Sequence record: ON528743
DNA length: 64,000 nucleotides
Reading direction: 5' to 3' (one strand)
From: Shigella phage ESh33
A program made the position numbers and the translations under genes. The notes under the pieces were generated by a model. The model saw only the letters and a list, made by a program, of their open reading frames with translations. It ran no database searches and was not told the origin of the DNA. Shown here in pieces: positions 1 through 18,671 of the stretch; within the stretch, counting starts at the first letter, position 1; every line of letters starts with the position of its first letter.

Positions 1-701
1 TCAGGAGTATTTATACCCTCAGTAATAGTGCTTTCATCTTTATTAGACTTCTTCACCATTTCTACGATGGCACTCAATTTACTTGAGAATGCATCTGAAT
101 AATCCATACCTTCGACCAGAGCAGAGACTTTTTCTTTTTGAGACTCAGTCAGATCTTTAGTACTTTCGCTCAATGCCACTTCACGCTGCACATAATTGAT
201 ATATGCGTCACGCTTATTGAGTTCTTCGAACAGACGAGCTGATTCTTCTTTATGTTCTTGCAGTTCTTCTTCCATTTCAGCTACAACATCAACTGATTCT
301 TCTGGAACAACAACGTTGTGTTCAACGAAGAGCTCTTTCAATCCACCAAGCATGGATTCAAACAGTTCGGCTTTGATGCCTTTATCTACTGCTAATTTAT
401 TTTCAGTGAGCCATTCTTTTGCAAGATGGTCAAGGAATTTAGAAGCTTGCTCAGCGATTTTCTTCTCAGCTTTTTCTTCTGCTTCTTCTTTATTTTTTTC
501 TACTTCTTCTTCTGCTTTTTCAGCAATTTTAGCGATATGAGATTCAGCTAATTTAACGGCGTGCTGCTTGACGGTAGCTTCGAATACAGTGCCGAAAGTT
601 TCTTTTGCTTCCGGAGAAATATTAACTGATTCGAAAATACTATCAAGAGCAACGGAAGCATCAATTTTCTGCGCTTCAGCAATCAGTTGTTCTTTAAGCA
701 T
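1..701 (-). CDS. 22: prohead core scaffold protein gp22, N-terminal part (ATG at 699-701; gene runs off the window start)
   Basis: Minus-strand translation from 701 reads MLKEQLIAEAQKIDASVALDSIFES..., Ala/Glu/Lys-rich scaffold-like; lies downstream of gp21 as in T4 order 20-67-68-21-22; absent from ORF track because truncated. Confidence 0.8.
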   Translation of the reverse strand, partial: MLKEQLIAEAQKIDASVALDSIFESVNISPEAKETFGTVFEATVKQHAVKLAESHIAKIAEKAEEEVEKNKEEAEEKAEKKIAEQASKFLDHLAKEWLTENKLAVDKGIKAELFESMLGGLKELFVEHNVVVPEESVDVVAEMEEELQEHKEESARLFEELNKRDAYINYVQREVALSESTKDLTESQKEKVSALVEGMDYSDAFSSKLSAIVEMVKKSNKDESTITEGINTP

Positions 702-731
702 TTTGTAGTCCTGTTGTTTAGATAATAATAT

Positions 732-1370
732 TTATAACGCTTTTTTCATGGCCTCTGCGAGAGCCATATAGGCGTCATCGGCACTTGTATCGGCTTCCGC
801 CGTCTGTGATTCGGTAATTTCCTTAGGAGTTACCCATGCATCTGGAGCACTTGGACCCCATACTGCATCAACACCTACAGTTAATTTGAATCCTTCGTTT
901 ACGATACGATAACCTTTATTTGTGTCAGTCAATGAACCTAATCCACGAGAAGAAACTCCTGGAATCCATCCGGCACGAATATTAGCTGCTAATTTATCTC
1001 CAGGACCATGGTCACCTTCAATAACACGAGCTCGTCCGTATACGTCATTTCCTTTCCACCACATATCTTCTATAATGATAGCGGCTTGCATCGGGTCAAC
1101 ATTAGCGCGTGGAGGATGATTTAATTCTCCGAGAGCTTGTTTAGTTAAAACTTGCTCATTAATATAGTCTTTTACCGCTTTTTCTAATATACGTTTTGGA
1201 TAAAGACGTTTATTTCTATTGACGACTTCCGCTTGCATGAATATTCCTTCGATGTATAAACCAGGTTTTAAACCTAAGTCTTTTCCATCATGAGATTCAA
1301 GCATTGGTACGCCATCAATAATTTCGCCAGGTTGACCCCAAGTTTCAATTAGTAATTGGGGTTCATTCAT
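732..1370 (-). CDS. 21: gp21 prohead core protease
   Basis: 212 aa; N-terminus [31 protein letters not shown] matches recalled T4 gp21; synteny. Confidence 0.95.
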   Translation of the reverse strand: MNEPQLLIETWGQPGEIIDGVPMLESHDGKDLGLKPGLYIEGIFMQAEVVNRNKRLYPKRILEKAVKDYINEQVLTKQALGELNHPPRANVDPMQAAIIIEDMWWKGNDVYGRARVIEGDHGPGDKLAANIRAGWIPGVSSRGLGSLTDTNKGYRIVNEGFKLTVGVDAVWGPSAPDAWVTPKEITESQTAEADTSADDAYMALAEAMKKAL

Positions 1371-1795
1371 TAGCTTAATCCTAATGCTTTACGGCGTTTA
1401 AGAGCTTTTTTACGCTTACGCTGAGCACGAGATTGACCTGCTGGATTGGCAATCTTCGTTTTGGTAGCTTTACGAGCAATTTGTCTACGTTTTGCTTTAG
1501 ACAACCCGGTAGTTTGAAATGCATTACGTTCGCGGGTTTTGCGATCTTTAGTGCGAGTAATTTCACCACGGGCAGAAACATGTTTAACGATAAATTCATT
1601 TAACGGCATATTTTCATTAATAGAAGCTAATGCAACCGCTAAATCAGTTTCATCATCAAGCATATTCTCGACAATTGTATTTATATCGTCTTTATTTAAA
1701 GCAGAAGACAATTCGTCAAAGCGACCCTGTGCTTCAGGAATAAGTGCTTCGACATTCTCGAGAACTAATTCATGAGTTTCAGGGATCAGAAGCAT
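1370..1795 (-). CDS. 68: gp68 prohead core protein
   Basis: 141 aa, basic C-terminus; position between gp67 and gp21 as in T4; stop/start overlap with neighbours. Confidence 0.85.
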
Positions 1796-2039
1796 TATTC
1801 ATCATCCTCGTCTTCGTCAGAGTCTTTGTCTTTTTTGTCGTCTTTATCATCACTATCTTCGTCTTCGTCTTCGTCATCATCCTCGTCATCAGGTTCTTCA
1901 CCTTCGATTAAGAAATTACGAGCGATAGCGATTTTTTCTTCTTTAATTAAATCAGTCGTTCTTGCAGCCATGGCTTCAGCAAATAATTTACGAGCGGCTA
2001 CGAGGTCGTTTGATTTAATAGCTTCAATTAAACCTTCCA

Positions 2040-2040
<1 letters not shown>
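1795..2040 (-). CDS. 67: gp67 prohead core protein (highly acidic)
   Basis: 81 aa with Asp/Glu-rich C-terminus; position between portal and gp68. Confidence 0.85.
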
Positions 2041-3665
<1,625 letters not shown>

Positions 3666-3697
3666 TTAAGCAGGATGGGGATTTCTCCCCATTCATT

Positions 3698-4189
3698 TTA
3701 TTCCCAATAATCGAGAGCAAGAGTTACTTCAAAGGTTTGAATTTCATTGTTTGAATCCCAATCTAATTGAAGTTCACCCACGTTAGTAGGCCACAGACCT
3801 TTAATTTCAATTTCTTTTGTTACTGTTTTAGCGTCACGAGCATATTGACGAACGATAGCGCTCTTTTTATACTCTGCAGGTTTTCCACCAGTAATTTCGT
3901 TTCCTTGTCCCGCAGCAATGCTTTGCCAATCAACGAACTTCTGGCGAGCATCATGAGCTTCATCGTTCATTACTGTAACAGTCCAGTCATCGAATGTACG
4001 ATCGCCTGCTACGTTAATTTTACGGTTCATAAATCCGACTGGAATTTTTTCTACAATACCAGCTGGTAAAGCAGTGGCTTTACATTGGAACGTAAAATTT
4101 TGTCCAAGATAAGAAATTTCTACTTGGAATAAGTTAGGTCGAGCAAAATCACCAGATTCAAACGCTCGTGTTACATCATCTACAAACAT
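3698..4189 (-). CDS. 19: gp19 tail tube protein
   Basis: 163 aa; MFVDDVTRAFESGDFARPNLFQVEISYLGQNF matches recalled T4 gp19. Confidence 0.95.
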   Translation of the reverse strand: MFVDDVTRAFESGDFARPNLFQVEISYLGQNFTFQCKATALPAGIVEKIPVGFMNRKINVAGDRTFDDWTVTVMNDEAHDARQKFVDWQSIAAGQGNEITGGKPAEYKKSAIVRQYARDAKTVTKEIEIKGLWPTNVGELQLDWDSNNEIQTFEVTLALDYWE

Positions 4190-4203
4190 ATTAGCCTCTG
4201 TAG

Positions 4204-4211
4204 TATTTATA
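4204..4211 (-). promoter_or_regulatory. late promoter TATAAATA upstream of gene 19 (second copy at 4263-4270)
   Basis: TATAAATA on minus strand 15-20 nt upstream of gp19 ATG; hairpin GGCCTGCCGAAACAGGCC at 4272-4289 lies just after the gp18 stop. Confidence 0.55.
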
Positions 4212-4305
4212 TCCCTATGTTTAACCTAGGGCATATAGAATTAAAGAATTAAGGATATAGTGTATTTATATGGCCTGCCGAAACAGGCCTTTAGAATGCA
4301 CCGTA

Positions 4306-6285
4306 TTAACCTGCAAGACCAGTTAACTCATCGAAATCTGCACCAGTAGCAGTTGCGACGAAATTCAAAGTAATATAATTTATACTGCGCGCCGGTTGGA
4401 TGTAGAATGTTGCAACAAACTCATTTCTATCAATTACTGACGGAGTGTTATTTGTTGTATCGCAAACTACACGATATTCATAAATTCCACCGAGAGCTTT
4501 AATTCCCTGTAAGTACTGGGCAGTTTCTGTGCGGAATGATGAACGAGTAAACGCGTTGTTTAATTCGAACAAACGATATTTTGAACTACGTCCGATGTTC
4601 GTTTTCAACATATTAAACAGACGACGAACGTTAATACGATCAAATGGAGAAGGAACAGAAGTAGCTGTTTTATCACCATACAATACGTAACCATCACCAC
4701 CTGTACCAGTTACCGGGTTGATAGCTTCTTGGTATAAACGGTCGCGCTGAGCCTGGCGAGTTTCAATAGCCAGTTTAATAACGTTAAGAATCTGGCCACG
4801 ATTATAACCAGCTGGAGACATCCAAGTCTGAGATACGTTATCAGTTCTTGCGCATAAACCAGCAATATCAGCTGCTAATGGAACCCAACGATTCACATCA
4901 TTATATTTGTCATACTGATACTTATAGTTACCATCAATTGCTGCATAGGTTGAACTGATATTAAAGTTATTATCAGTGTATGAACCTGTTGCGGTTCTCC
5001 AGTTGACTAAGTTGTCAACAGCGCGAGTTACAGGAATTCCAACTACAGTTTCACGCGGTGGTGAGCACAATACTAAGCAATCCTGGCGAGCATCCCCAAT
5101 TGAAACGACGTGTTTTTGGACAGTAGATGCTGTTTCTAAAGATTCACCGGCACAAGAACCCGCAATAAACAGTTGAACATCAACGGATTCACGGTCAGCA
5201 AAGAAGTCCCAAGCTTCCATCAAATCTCCTGCTGTTACTTCAGCATTTGATGATAATCCACCAGACAGAGTTAAAATTCCAGAGAAGCCTTCTGGCCAGT
5301 TTTGTGCAGTTGCAAAAATATATTCTGAGCCGCCTTTTGCGAAAAAGTCATCGATATAGATGTTACTATCGTAAATATCTTTTTCACCACGCTTAGTTGA
5401 AAGAACAACGCTTTGAACAATAGCATCATTGCGACGAACTATAATAGCGTACTGTGAATCAGTTTGTGGTCCATATCCAAACACTGCTTTAGCAGTAGAT
5501 GCACGAGTACCACCACCTGGATAAATTGGGAGTAATGCAGAAGCTCCTTTTGCATAGTCAGCTTTAGATACGATTTCAATTTCAATTTTATCGCCTAATT
5601 CGCCTGGATAAAGAGCTACTACTCCTGGAATTCCGTATTTTTCGAGATTTGCTTGAAAGTCAACCGCTGTCATAGCAGCTTCAGCATTTTCAATTTCAGC
5701 TAATAAAATACCAGAATCAGTAATAATTTTTCCAAGAGTTATTACTGCAGCTAAACCAGAGGAAGACGAAGAAATTTCCGCAGTCCAGTTAGAACCTAAT
5801 TCCGGATATTCACCGACTTCTTTCGCTTTAGCGATAATTTTTGCAGTAGGAATATTAATTTTCTTAATTTTTCCATCTGCGTCTACTTCGGTAATTTTAC
5901 CTTCAGTTTCAATATCATCTGAAACATATTTGACCGTGATTTTATCTCCAACTGCATAGTTACTACCTGGGGTAGAAATTGTGTATTCAATATTACCAGC
6001 AATTGGCGATGAGTTTTTAGCGGTATCTCTATCAACAGCACGAACTACTCGTAAGTCATTTCCGTATTGTAAGAAATTCATTGCAGACATAAAATAGTCA
6101 GCAGTTTCAGCTGTAGGTTGACCAAAAGTATTAACTAAATCTACTTCATTTGTAACCTGTTTAATTTGAAAAGCAGGACCCCACTGGAATTTACCGGCCA
6201 AAGCTGCTGTACCAGTAGAGTTATTAACCACGGTGCTTTGAACCGTAGTTTCTTTGAGCTCAATGCCCGGAGATAATAAAGTCAT
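4306..6285 (-). CDS. 18: gp18 contractile tail sheath protein
   Basis: 659 aa; MTLLSPGIELKETTVQSTVVNNSTGTAALAGKFQWGPAFQ; length and sequence match T4 gp18. Confidence 0.95.
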   Translation of the reverse strand: MTLLSPGIELKETTVQSTVVNNSTGTAALAGKFQWGPAFQIKQVTNEVDLVNTFGQPTAETADYFMSAMNFLQYGNDLRVVRAVDRDTAKNSSPIAGNIEYTISTPGSNYAVGDKITVKYVSDDIETEGKITEVDADGKIKKINIPTAKIIAKAKEVGEYPELGSNWTAEISSSSSGLAAVITLGKIITDSGILLAEIENAEAAMTAVDFQANLEKYGIPGVVALYPGELGDKIEIEIVSKADYAKGASALLPIYPGGGTRASTAKAVFGYGPQTDSQYAIIVRRNDAIVQSVVLSTKRGEKDIYDSNIYIDDFFAKGGSEYIFATAQNWPEGFSGILTLSGGLSSNAEVTAGDLMEAWDFFADRESVDVQLFIAGSCAGESLETASTVQKHVVSIGDARQDCLVLCSPPRETVVGIPVTRAVDNLVNWRTATGSYTDNNFNISSTYAAIDGNYKYQYDKYNDVNRWVPLAADIAGLCARTDNVSQTWMSPAGYNRGQILNVIKLAIETRQAQRDRLYQEAINPVTGTGGDGYVLYGDKTATSVPSPFDRINVRRLFNMLKTNIGRSSKYRLFELNNAFTRSSFRTETAQYLQGIKALGGIYEYRVVCDTTNNTPSVIDRNEFVATFYIQPARSINYITLNFVATATGADFDELTGLAG

Positions 6286-6316
6286 TTTTAATCCTCTTTA
6301 ATATGCTTTAATATAT

Positions 6317-9454
<3,138 letters not shown>

Positions 9455-9495
9455 GATTTCTCCTAATCTGGGCTTTAATTAGTTTATAATATTTA

Positions 9496-11197
<1,702 letters not shown>

Positions 11198-11229
11198 TTA
11201 AAAATCCTTTGGGGCCTTGCGGCCCCATG

Positions 11230-12693
11230 TTATGCTGGTGATAAAAAGGTAGAAAGTAATACCCATTCGCCGTCTTTACGAACGTAAGCTTGGCCATCTT
11301 TTGGAGCTTCAGGAATATAACCTGCTTCTTGGAGAGCTTGAACATCACCTTGCAGAGAAGATATACTACCTTTAGCGGTATTCACTTCTTGTGTAACTGA
11401 TGCAATGTTGGTTTCGTTAGCTTTTATTGAATTGGTTAATCCGCGTTCTTCGACAGTTGAACCATTTGGGTTAGTTCCATTTACTAAAGTATTTAACGCT
11501 ACAACTTGCCCTTTAATTCCTGTGCTGTTATTACCAATTTCTACCTGTAGGTTTTGAACATCGTTATTCAAGCCTGAAACAGAAGTTTCAATTGTAGAAA
11601 CTCGGTTTAAAAGAGACCCAGGAGGAGACGGTTGTCCACCGCTAGAATCAGTTCCAACAATTTGGTTTAACCACGAAACATTCGCTCTTAAACCGGATGA
11701 AGTGTTTTCACCCACAATTCCGTTTAGAGCTTCGATTGAAGTTGTATTATCTTTGATTTGTCCTTTAATACTCGAAGGAATATCGTCTGAACCAATAGAA
11801 GTTTCAATAACGGTTAAACGCTGTTTAATACCTCCACTTTGATTTAGCTCTAAATTAATAGATGCAATATTATCAGTGTTTGTATTAACACTCGTGATAA
11901 TCGAATTATTTCCCGGATATCCTATTGAGGTCTTAATAACACTAATGTCAGACTCAACTGTTGTCTGTTTAGTGTCAATTTCATTTAAACGACTATAAAC
12001 AGTTTGGGAAAATGACGGCGGTTTCGGTCCAAGCTCTTCACGAAGATTGCCAACTTCAATAGTCAAAGAACCTACATCAGATTCAATAAATTTTGTTTCT
12101 AATTCGCTTAAACGTATTCCCTGTGAAGTAATGACATCAGTATTATTAATAATGCGATGCTTCATTCCAGTGCTAGGATTTCCTACAACAGGAAGACCAT
12201 TAATATCTTGACCTGTATATTGACCTAATTCACGTTTAATCCAAAGTAAATCATTTCTGATCGTTCTATATACAGAGTTGGCCTCAGAGTTAAATGGACC
12301 AATATCAGCAAGAATGCTGTCAACCGTACTATTAGTTCCATTTAATATTTCTGTATGTTCACTGGTTAGCGTTTTAAGGTCAGAAATATCCTTTTTATTG
12401 ATACTTATTTGAGCCAAAGCTTCAATATCACCAGATACATCTAAGATGCCCTGGATGGTTTTAATATCACTATTTGCGGTTTCTAAAGATGTTTTAAGTA
12501 TTCCAATGTTTTTATCAAGAACTTCAACATTTCTTAGTACAGAAACTGTAGGTCTATTCATTGAACCTTCGCTTCCATACTGTGTGTCAGCTCCTAATAT
12601 TTCTTCGCCGTTTTTAATCCAGGAAATGCGGCTCTGGCCCTCCGCAGGAGGGCCGTCAACGAATGGTAAGTCATTCAGTACAATATCTGTCAT
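11230..12693 (-). CDS. wac: fibritin (whisker antigen control), coiled-coil with C-terminal foldon
   Basis: 487 aa; C-terminus [27 protein letters not shown] is the foldon (T4 has R where this has K at PKDGQ). Confidence 0.95.
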   Translation of the reverse strand: MTDIVLNDLPFVDGPPAEGQSRISWIKNGEEILGADTQYGSEGSMNRPTVSVLRNVEVLDKNIGILKTSLETANSDIKTIQGILDVSGDIEALAQISINKKDISDLKTLTSEHTEILNGTNSTVDSILADIGPFNSEANSVYRTIRNDLLWIKRELGQYTGQDINGLPVVGNPSTGMKHRIINNTDVITSQGIRLSELETKFIESDVGSLTIEVGNLREELGPKPPSFSQTVYSRLNEIDTKQTTVESDISVIKTSIGYPGNNSIITSVNTNTDNIASINLELNQSGGIKQRLTVIETSIGSDDIPSSIKGQIKDNTTSIEALNGIVGENTSSGLRANVSWLNQIVGTDSSGGQPSPPGSLLNRVSTIETSVSGLNNDVQNLQVEIGNNSTGIKGQVVALNTLVNGTNPNGSTVEERGLTNSIKANETNIASVTQEVNTAKGSISSLQGDVQALQEAGYIPEAPKDGQAYVRKDGEWVLLSTFLSPA

Positions 12694-14273
12694 TCTTTTA
12701 CCTTAATTATGTAGTTTAAAGAAATGTTCCATGGACGTGTTTCATTTCCAATTAATTCAGGACGATTTAATGTATATTTGGAATTTCGTTGTGATGCCGG
12801 GTCAATTTCATATCCGTCATTGGTGAAGTATGAACGGTTATCCCAGTCAAGTCCTTTACGTGTACCAACAAAATTTGATCTACGGGTATTACCGAATGCT
12901 CCAGAATCATCATGCTCACCAAATCCGCCAGCATGTTTATGATAAGACATCTGTTGTTTCTGTACTTCACCAACATATCCACCAGTACAACCTACACCTA
13001 ATCTAGGCTTACCAAACTGGTCATTACCATTAACATTTGGATTTGTTAAGTGAGAGCCACGACCAGAGCCGCGAACAAAAAGACCACGCATATCAGGTAA
13101 TCCAGGATTTGATGAACTTCCGCCGTATCTTGTTCCAATTCTAGAAGCATATAATGGACAATCTGATGCTGAAACAGTTCCACCGTGGCAAAAACGCCAA
13201 GCATCACTAGGAAGACTATCAGCGGCCCACATCATAATAGCTCCGACAGGAATAGTTCTATCTATTTCATTCTGCGTTACAACACGCTTACCCTGAATAT
13301 AACCACCGGTCATGTTAACTGTTCCGGTAATATTTGCTCCGCCTGAAGCTATTGTGAGCGTATTATTAATGCGAAGTGTTCCATTAATCGTTTGACCACC
13401 TCTTTGATGGATAACGTCAGCATTCCAAGCTAGTGCTGATGAAGCATCACCTCCACTCTGTGAGCCGGCGGTTGTAGTTAATTTAACTACGCCTCTCATT
13501 GACGTTGTAGAACCACGACCATTAAGAGTTGCGCCAGTAACCGCAACAGAAGCATTATTCGAGTTAACTTCTGATTGTGTTCCTAATTTAATTACGCCTT
13601 TATATTCTTCAGTAGCAGTAGAATTCATTAGCGTATAAGGAGAAATTGCATAGCCTTCTCTTAAGGTTCCTTGACGAACTTGAGCTACTGTCGCTAATTG
13701 AACAACACCTTGGTCCGATTCGGTAGCTGTGGTTTCAGAAGGAGCGATTTGCGCAATTAGTTTAATAGCTAACTGCTGCGTTTTTAACGGAGTCATCGCA
13801 GTAGTATCATCTGCGCCAGCTAATGCTTGCGGTAGAGATGAAATTTTAATAACTCCATTTGATGATTCAGTTGAAACTCGTGTTTCAAATGCATTATTAA
13901 GGGCAACAGTAAATTTAGCAGGAGTTATAGAAGATTCATTATTAACTCCAGCAATCGCTTCATCATCTGTTGAATATCTTGTTAATCCGTAAACAGTTTC
14001 AGTTGCGTTTGGATAAGATAATCTTGTTGCCAACGTTGCGGGTGTAACTGCTTTGGTATTATCAGTTCCGTCGATAACTTCTTGTTCAGTGGCAAGAAAT
14101 AAAATTCCTTTTGTTGTTGATGATGCATCAGGAACTCCATTTACACCAGCAGGAGAAATGGCTGCTATAGCAGCCTGAACATCAGTAATCTCTGCCGGAA
14201 AATTTGTACCAGTTGGATCAAATTTTACATAGCGAGATTCATTAGAAACGTGTTGATATGTATTATTACTCAT
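12690..14273 (-). CDS. 12: gp12 short tail fibre
   Basis: 527 aa; position between gp11 and wac; length matches T4 gp12. Confidence 0.9.
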   Translation of the reverse strand: MSNNTYQHVSNESRYVKFDPTGTNFPAEITDVQAAIAAISPAGVNGVPDASSTTKGILFLATEQEVIDGTDNTKAVTPATLATRLSYPNATETVYGLTRYSTDDEAIAGVNNESSITPAKFTVALNNAFETRVSTESSNGVIKISSLPQALAGADDTTAMTPLKTQQLAIKLIAQIAPSETTATESDQGVVQLATVAQVRQGTLREGYAISPYTLMNSTATEEYKGVIKLGTQSEVNSNNASVAVTGATLNGRGSTTSMRGVVKLTTTAGSQSGGDASSALAWNADVIHQRGGQTINGTLRINNTLTIASGGANITGTVNMTGGYIQGKRVVTQNEIDRTIPVGAIMMWAADSLPSDAWRFCHGGTVSASDCPLYASRIGTRYGGSSSNPGLPDMRGLFVRGSGRGSHLTNPNVNGNDQFGKPRLGVGCTGGYVGEVQKQQMSYHKHAGGFGEHDDSGAFGNTRRSNFVGTRKGLDWDNRSYFTNDGYEIDPASQRNSKYTLNRPELIGNETRPWNISLNYIIKVKE

Positions 14274-14929
14274 GCTGTTCTCTCAAAATGATAAAGTACT
14301 ATTGGAGTTTGCTGATTATCTAAAGTTACAGTTTGTGCACCAAGCAAATTCCATGTGCCATATCCAGGCTTAGATTCTGAAATAATTTCTTGGGAAATAG
14401 TTATTCCATATGTGGAATATGTGCTTAATACATGTTTCTGATTATCTAAATAAGTAACTTCTAATTTACTACCATCGGTTGGATGGTCTTTATATGAATT
14501 GATAGCAGTAAATGACGCAATAGCTTCTTGTAGAGCAACACGAACTTTGGCGACAAACTCAATAGCTGTCATTCCGGTTGTTGCTGAAACTGGAAGACCG
14601 AATACTAATACAGTAACAGGAGAACCAGGAGGAAGCGAATCATCTGTTACAGTTCCCGAAAACGCCCAATAATCAGTTTGAGAAACACCCTCAGGAGAAA
14701 CACCAGTTTTATTAGTAATAATTGTACCAACGTCTTTTATAGAAAAATTATGAACATCATTAATAGCTGATTCTACGTTTGGTTCATAGAATCCTTTCGC
14801 TAATTGAGAAATTGTCACTGACCCAACTGATTGATGATTCATTACATCTATATTACCAGCTTTAGGTCTAAAACCAAGAAAATCGGCTAAGCGGGAAATA
14901 ACTCCCGCTTTATTATTAAGTAAACTCAT
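14270..14929 (-). CDS. 11: gp11 baseplate wedge/short tail fibre connector
   Basis: 219 aa from [20 protein letters not shown] (internal ATG of the track ORF, abutting the gp10 stop). Confidence 0.9.
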   Translation of the reverse strand: MSLLNNKAGVISRLADFLGFRPKAGNIDVMNHQSVGSVTISQLAKGFYEPNVESAINDVHNFSIKDVGTIITNKTGVSPEGVSQTDYWAFSGTVTDDSLPPGSPVTVLVFGLPVSATTGMTAIEFVAKVRVALQEAIASFTAINSYKDHPTDGSKLEVTYLDNQKHVLSTYSTYGITISQEIISESKPGYGTWNLLGAQTVTLDNQQTPIVLYHFERTA

Positions 14930-16737
14930 TATGCAATCCTTATCCAACGATAAACTGTAATATATGGTTGAATGTTAGTTATTGATGTTGGCGGAGTGTG
15001 AGTAGAGTTAGTAGATGCTTTAGCTTCACGGTATTTAGTGTAAATTGGACCGGATTCATCTGGATCGTATTGACACCCACCAACAATGACTGATCCATTT
15101 TCATCAACTATTAGAACTTCTTCATCTGTTTCAGTTGCAGGAAGATTAGCATTTTCCAATGTAACAGAAGTAGAACCACCTGTTCCACCTGCAGTATGCG
15201 AAGGATTTCCGCCAGAATCTAAATCGTTGTTATTTAGAGCAAAATTCGGATCTGAAATATCTTCATTCCATCCAACTAAAACTTTTCCTTGCCCAAATAA
15301 TTTCCATGAGCCGAATCCCATATATGTAACAGGGTTGTTTGGATTAACAGCGTTTTCATATATAGTTCCAATAGGATAAATCGTATCAAAGATATTTGAA
15401 ACAGCATTAAATTCGCGTTGATAAGATTGAACTGCTTCTACATTTGGCCAACCAATTTTATCGAAGTCTGTTAAATTTACATCACCGGAAATATCTACTC
15501 CTGGTCCTTGCGATACATAGAGATTATCAGTTTCATCAATAATCTCATCTTTTGTTAATAATGTACCTAAATCATTATTAAACCAGGTGATATTGATAAT
15601 GTCGCCATGCTCAAATACTCTATCGAAATGTAAAATTTCTGGTATGCCGTTTTCATCAGTTTCAACTGAATAGTCTGTGTGAGACTGTTCCCAAGTTCCA
15701 CCTAAAACAGAGCATTCTACTTCGTCGTCTGAATCAGCACCAACACAATGAAATAATGGCATTCCAACTGTTCCAGCCAATTCTTGTAAAATTCCATTAA
15801 AACGAACCTCAAGAGAATTAGGATTAATAGGTTCACCTGGAATTAATCCAAAAGCTGAAAATGGAATTGATTTCATTGTTGATAAATCAGTAACGTAAAT
15901 GCTTCCTTCTAAAGAAGTCTTTGACGTTAATTTTGAATCTAACACTCTAATTTGACGTCTTGTATATGAACTTCTCCACTGTGATACGCCATCCATAAAT
16001 GTTTCAATTTGAACAGTATCACCAATATTACAAGGCTGTCTTAATCGAATATTAAATCCATCAAGAGGAACTAATTCACCTTCGCTTTCGCCCGGAGAGC
16101 CAAAATCGCTGTTTTCGCTAAATACATCGCCATAATATAATTCGTTACCACGATGTTTTACTCTGATGTTATTTACATTATAACTAGTTCCACGGAAAAC
16201 ATCTAAAAAGTCTGTTTGTCCTTGGACTTCGACTAAAAATTCTTTACGAGCTACATTACTAATGTCTGAACTGGTAATTTTGTCAATTTGCTTATTTTTG
16301 ACATATTCCCAACGTCCTGGGGCGCAATACACTAATTCCAAATCGCTGAATTGAACATTAATTTCAACTGGTACCGCAGACCCTTTAATTGTATCGCCGG
16401 AAGCAGCTACTAATGTAACTGGGTTGACGTTCCATGTAGCAAATACGTCTCTAGCTCTAATTACCTTGTTGTAATCATTGACAGTTCCTTTTGGAAGATT
16501 TATAGTCACTCTTCCAGAAGAGGTATTAATAGCGTATGATTTTCCCCATTCGGCTTTTAGTGTTTGACCAGATGAAGCATCATAAGTTTTCCAGGCACCG
16601 GCTGAATATGGAACATCTCCATCACCAAGCTCGTAATAAAGCTCATCAAAGTTTTCATTTATTTTTATACCACCTTTACGCAGGTAGTCACCGGTACCAT
16701 CATCTACAACATTACCGATATTAATATTTTGTTTCAT
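14929..16737 (-). CDS. 10: gp10 baseplate wedge protein
   Basis: 602 aa; synteny 9-10-11; length matches T4 gp10. Confidence 0.9.
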   Translation of the reverse strand: MKQNINIGNVVDDGTGDYLRKGGIKINENFDELYYELGDGDVPYSAGAWKTYDASSGQTLKAEWGKSYAINTSSGRVTINLPKGTVNDYNKVIRARDVFATWNVNPVTLVAASGDTIKGSAVPVEINVQFSDLELVYCAPGRWEYVKNKQIDKITSSDISNVARKEFLVEVQGQTDFLDVFRGTSYNVNNIRVKHRGNELYYGDVFSENSDFGSPGESEGELVPLDGFNIRLRQPCNIGDTVQIETFMDGVSQWRSSYTRRQIRVLDSKLTSKTSLEGSIYVTDLSTMKSIPFSAFGLIPGEPINPNSLEVRFNGILQELAGTVGMPLFHCVGADSDDEVECSVLGGTWEQSHTDYSVETDENGIPEILHFDRVFEHGDIINITWFNNDLGTLLTKDEIIDETDNLYVSQGPGVDISGDVNLTDFDKIGWPNVEAVQSYQREFNAVSNIFDTIYPIGTIYENAVNPNNPVTYMGFGSWKLFGQGKVLVGWNEDISDPNFALNNNDLDSGGNPSHTAGGTGGSTSVTLENANLPATETDEEVLIVDENGSVIVGGCQYDPDESGPIYTKYREAKASTNSTHTPPTSITNIQPYITVYRWIRIA

Positions 16738-17603
16738 TATTGAGCCACCCCGATTTTCTGCGTAGCGATAACTTTAACTGCTGCTCTCATACCGACAGTT
16801 GAAGAACTTATAGTCGCCGTTACGTAATTTTCTTTAATACTAAATGCAATATTAGCGATTTCGTCTTCTTCGGTTTCATTCCCAACTCGCATGACAGCAT
16901 ATTCAGAAGAAATGACCTCTGAATTAACAGTATCCACAAGAATATTTATTTCTGCTGTTTTAATTTTTCTTCCATCTACCGATTGGCATGTAACTAGCAA
17001 TTTAGCCATATTGTATTCAGTGCGATGAAATAATGGAATATCAACTGATCCGGATGTAGAAATATTCCATGTACCTTCAGCTGGTGATTCCTTTTGTCCA
17101 AACATGCTTTCAATAGAATAATTCCAAACCGATGTAGAATTATCAGATGAAATACAGCGTAAAGTTACTTTACTATATGGGCTAGTTACTACTAAATTAC
17201 CCGAAACACCTTTAATTGAATCAATCGCTTGAATCGTTAAAGGATTAGTAACTGATATAGATCCATTTGAGTTAATAAATTCAACACAGTCGCCAAGTTC
17301 GCCTCTTTCAATGATAACTTTAACACCTACAGTAGAGGTATCAATATCATGCCTAGTGCCAACTTTTACTGGAGTTGCGTACTCTGCAATAGAGTGTTTT
17401 TGATAATATCCAGTAGCATGAATAATTTGGCCATCTGCTCCAGTTCCATTTGCTACTGCCATTTTACGTTGATCGCCAAACGCATTATAAATTGCGTTAA
17501 AATCACTATTAATTTTATTACCACCGTCGAATAAGATATCACCAGTAGAAGCGTTACCAATTTCGCCGGTATCAATCAATTTCTTTGGTTCTTGAATGAA
17601 CAT
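16737..17603 (-). CDS. 9: gp9 baseplate wedge/long tail fibre socket
   Basis: 288 aa; synteny; length matches T4 gp9. Confidence 0.9.
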   Translation of the reverse strand: MFIQEPKKLIDTGEIGNASTGDILFDGGNKINSDFNAIYNAFGDQRKMAVANGTGADGQIIHATGYYQKHSIAEYATPVKVGTRHDIDTSTVGVKVIIERGELGDCVEFINSNGSISVTNPLTIQAIDSIKGVSGNLVVTSPYSKVTLRCISSDNSTSVWNYSIESMFGQKESPAEGTWNISTSGSVDIPLFHRTEYNMAKLLVTCQSVDGRKIKTAEINILVDTVNSEVISSEYAVMRVGNETEEDEIANIAFSIKENYVTATISSSTVGMRAAVKVIATQKIGVAQ

Positions 17604-17627
17604 AGCGGTTTCCTTATGAGTTTATAG

Positions 17628-17635
17628 TATTTATA
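17628..17635 (-). promoter_or_regulatory. late promoter TATAAATA upstream of gene 9
   Basis: TATAAATA on minus strand between the gp8 stop and gp9 start. Confidence 0.55.
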
Positions 17636-17652
17636 AAGAAAAAGGGAGCCCA
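17635..17652 (-). terminator. palindromic GC hairpin after gp8 (likely intrinsic terminator/RNA-stabilising hairpin)
   Basis: GGGAGCCCATGGGCTCCC perfect palindrome flanked by A-run/T-run. Confidence 0.5.
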
Positions 17653-17666
17653 TGGGCTCCCTTAAG

Positions 17667-18671
17667 TTAAAATGTAAACAGAATATTGATTTCTTCTGTT
17701 TGATCCATTGCCATGATAATAGGTGGCCTATTTTCCATATAAATCATTTCGCCCGAATGCCTCATTAAATCTTCCGGATCATAATAATCCTTTTCAGCTT
17801 TAACGTTTGGGTCATTTGGATGAGCTTTAGCTTCAAGAGGATTCGTGATTATTGATATTTGTCTAAATCCTTTATTTCCCGGCAATGCAGCTTCTGGAAA
17901 ATAAACTGAATCTAAATATGCTTTAAAACGGATAGTATTTGCCTTAACACGGTAAATTAATCCAAAATCATCTTGTTGCCAAGTGAGATTATCTTCATAC
18001 CCCCATCTAGCCGGGTCTTCTTTTAATTCCTCAGGCCAAGGAACCACGATATATTCATTCGTGCATCTATTTATAGATACATCAGGCGGAATCTCAAAAA
18101 GATATTCCCAAACATATCCGTCTCCTGGTTCGATTGTTCCTTCCGCGTCTCCTCGACCTTCAGGAGGAGTCATTGACCTAACAGAAGGAGTCCATTTTCC
18201 ACCTAACTTAAGGCATTCATCTTTATCAGTTAAAGATGCTATTGAACACATTCCTGTGTCAGGAACATCTAAACAGCGATATACTAACCAGCCTGCGCCT
18301 GATTCAGTAGCATTGTAAGGAGCTGAGTTACACACTACAATATCGTTAATTCTAAATGTATATGGATCCGGATATCTAGTATCTCCCCAATCTCTACGAG
18401 GAATAACTGCATCAAGCATAGATGGAAGAACCTTTACGGTTCCCATCATATGCGTCCACATGTCAGTTACGCCTAATACAGAATCAGTTGGATAAGGTGG
18501 AGCAAAGCCCACCTCATTTTCATTTGATGACCACGGTTCTGATCTTCCAAATGTGATAAAGATAGTGTTTTTATCCGGACCACTTCCAATTGAATTATAA
18601 AAATTCAACATTTTTTCTGTTCTAAATTTTGAAGTAACTATCGCACGATAGATAACACTTGAATCATTCAT
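17667..18671 (-). CDS. 8: gp8 baseplate wedge protein
   Basis: 334 aa; synteny; length matches T4 gp8. Confidence 0.9.
   Translation of the reverse strand: MNDSSVIYRAIVTSKFRTEKMLNFYNSIGSGPDKNTIFITFGRSEPWSSNENEVGFAPPYPTDSVLGVTDMWTHMMGTVKVLPSMLDAVIPRRDWGDTRYPDPYTFRINDIVVCNSAPYNATESGAGWLVYRCLDVPDTGMCSIASLTDKDECLKLGGKWTPSVRSMTPPEGRGDAEGTIEPGDGYVWEYLFEIPPDVSINRCTNEYIVVPWPEELKEDPARWGYEDNLTWQQDDFGLIYRVKANTIRFKAYLDSVYFPEAALPGNKGFRQISIITNPLEAKAHPNDPNVKAEKDYYDPEDLMRHSGEMIYMENRPPIIMAMDQTEEINILFTF

Noticed and set aside
196-540. Plus-strand 114-aa Ser-rich ORF
   Set aside because: Lies antisense to gp22, whose minus-strand frame gives a recognisable scaffold protein; low-complexity shadow ORF.
11230-12693. 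Fibritin foldon R-to-K difference from T4 as a notable variant
   Set aside because: Conservative single substitution in a recalled sequence; useful only as evidence this is not T4 itself.
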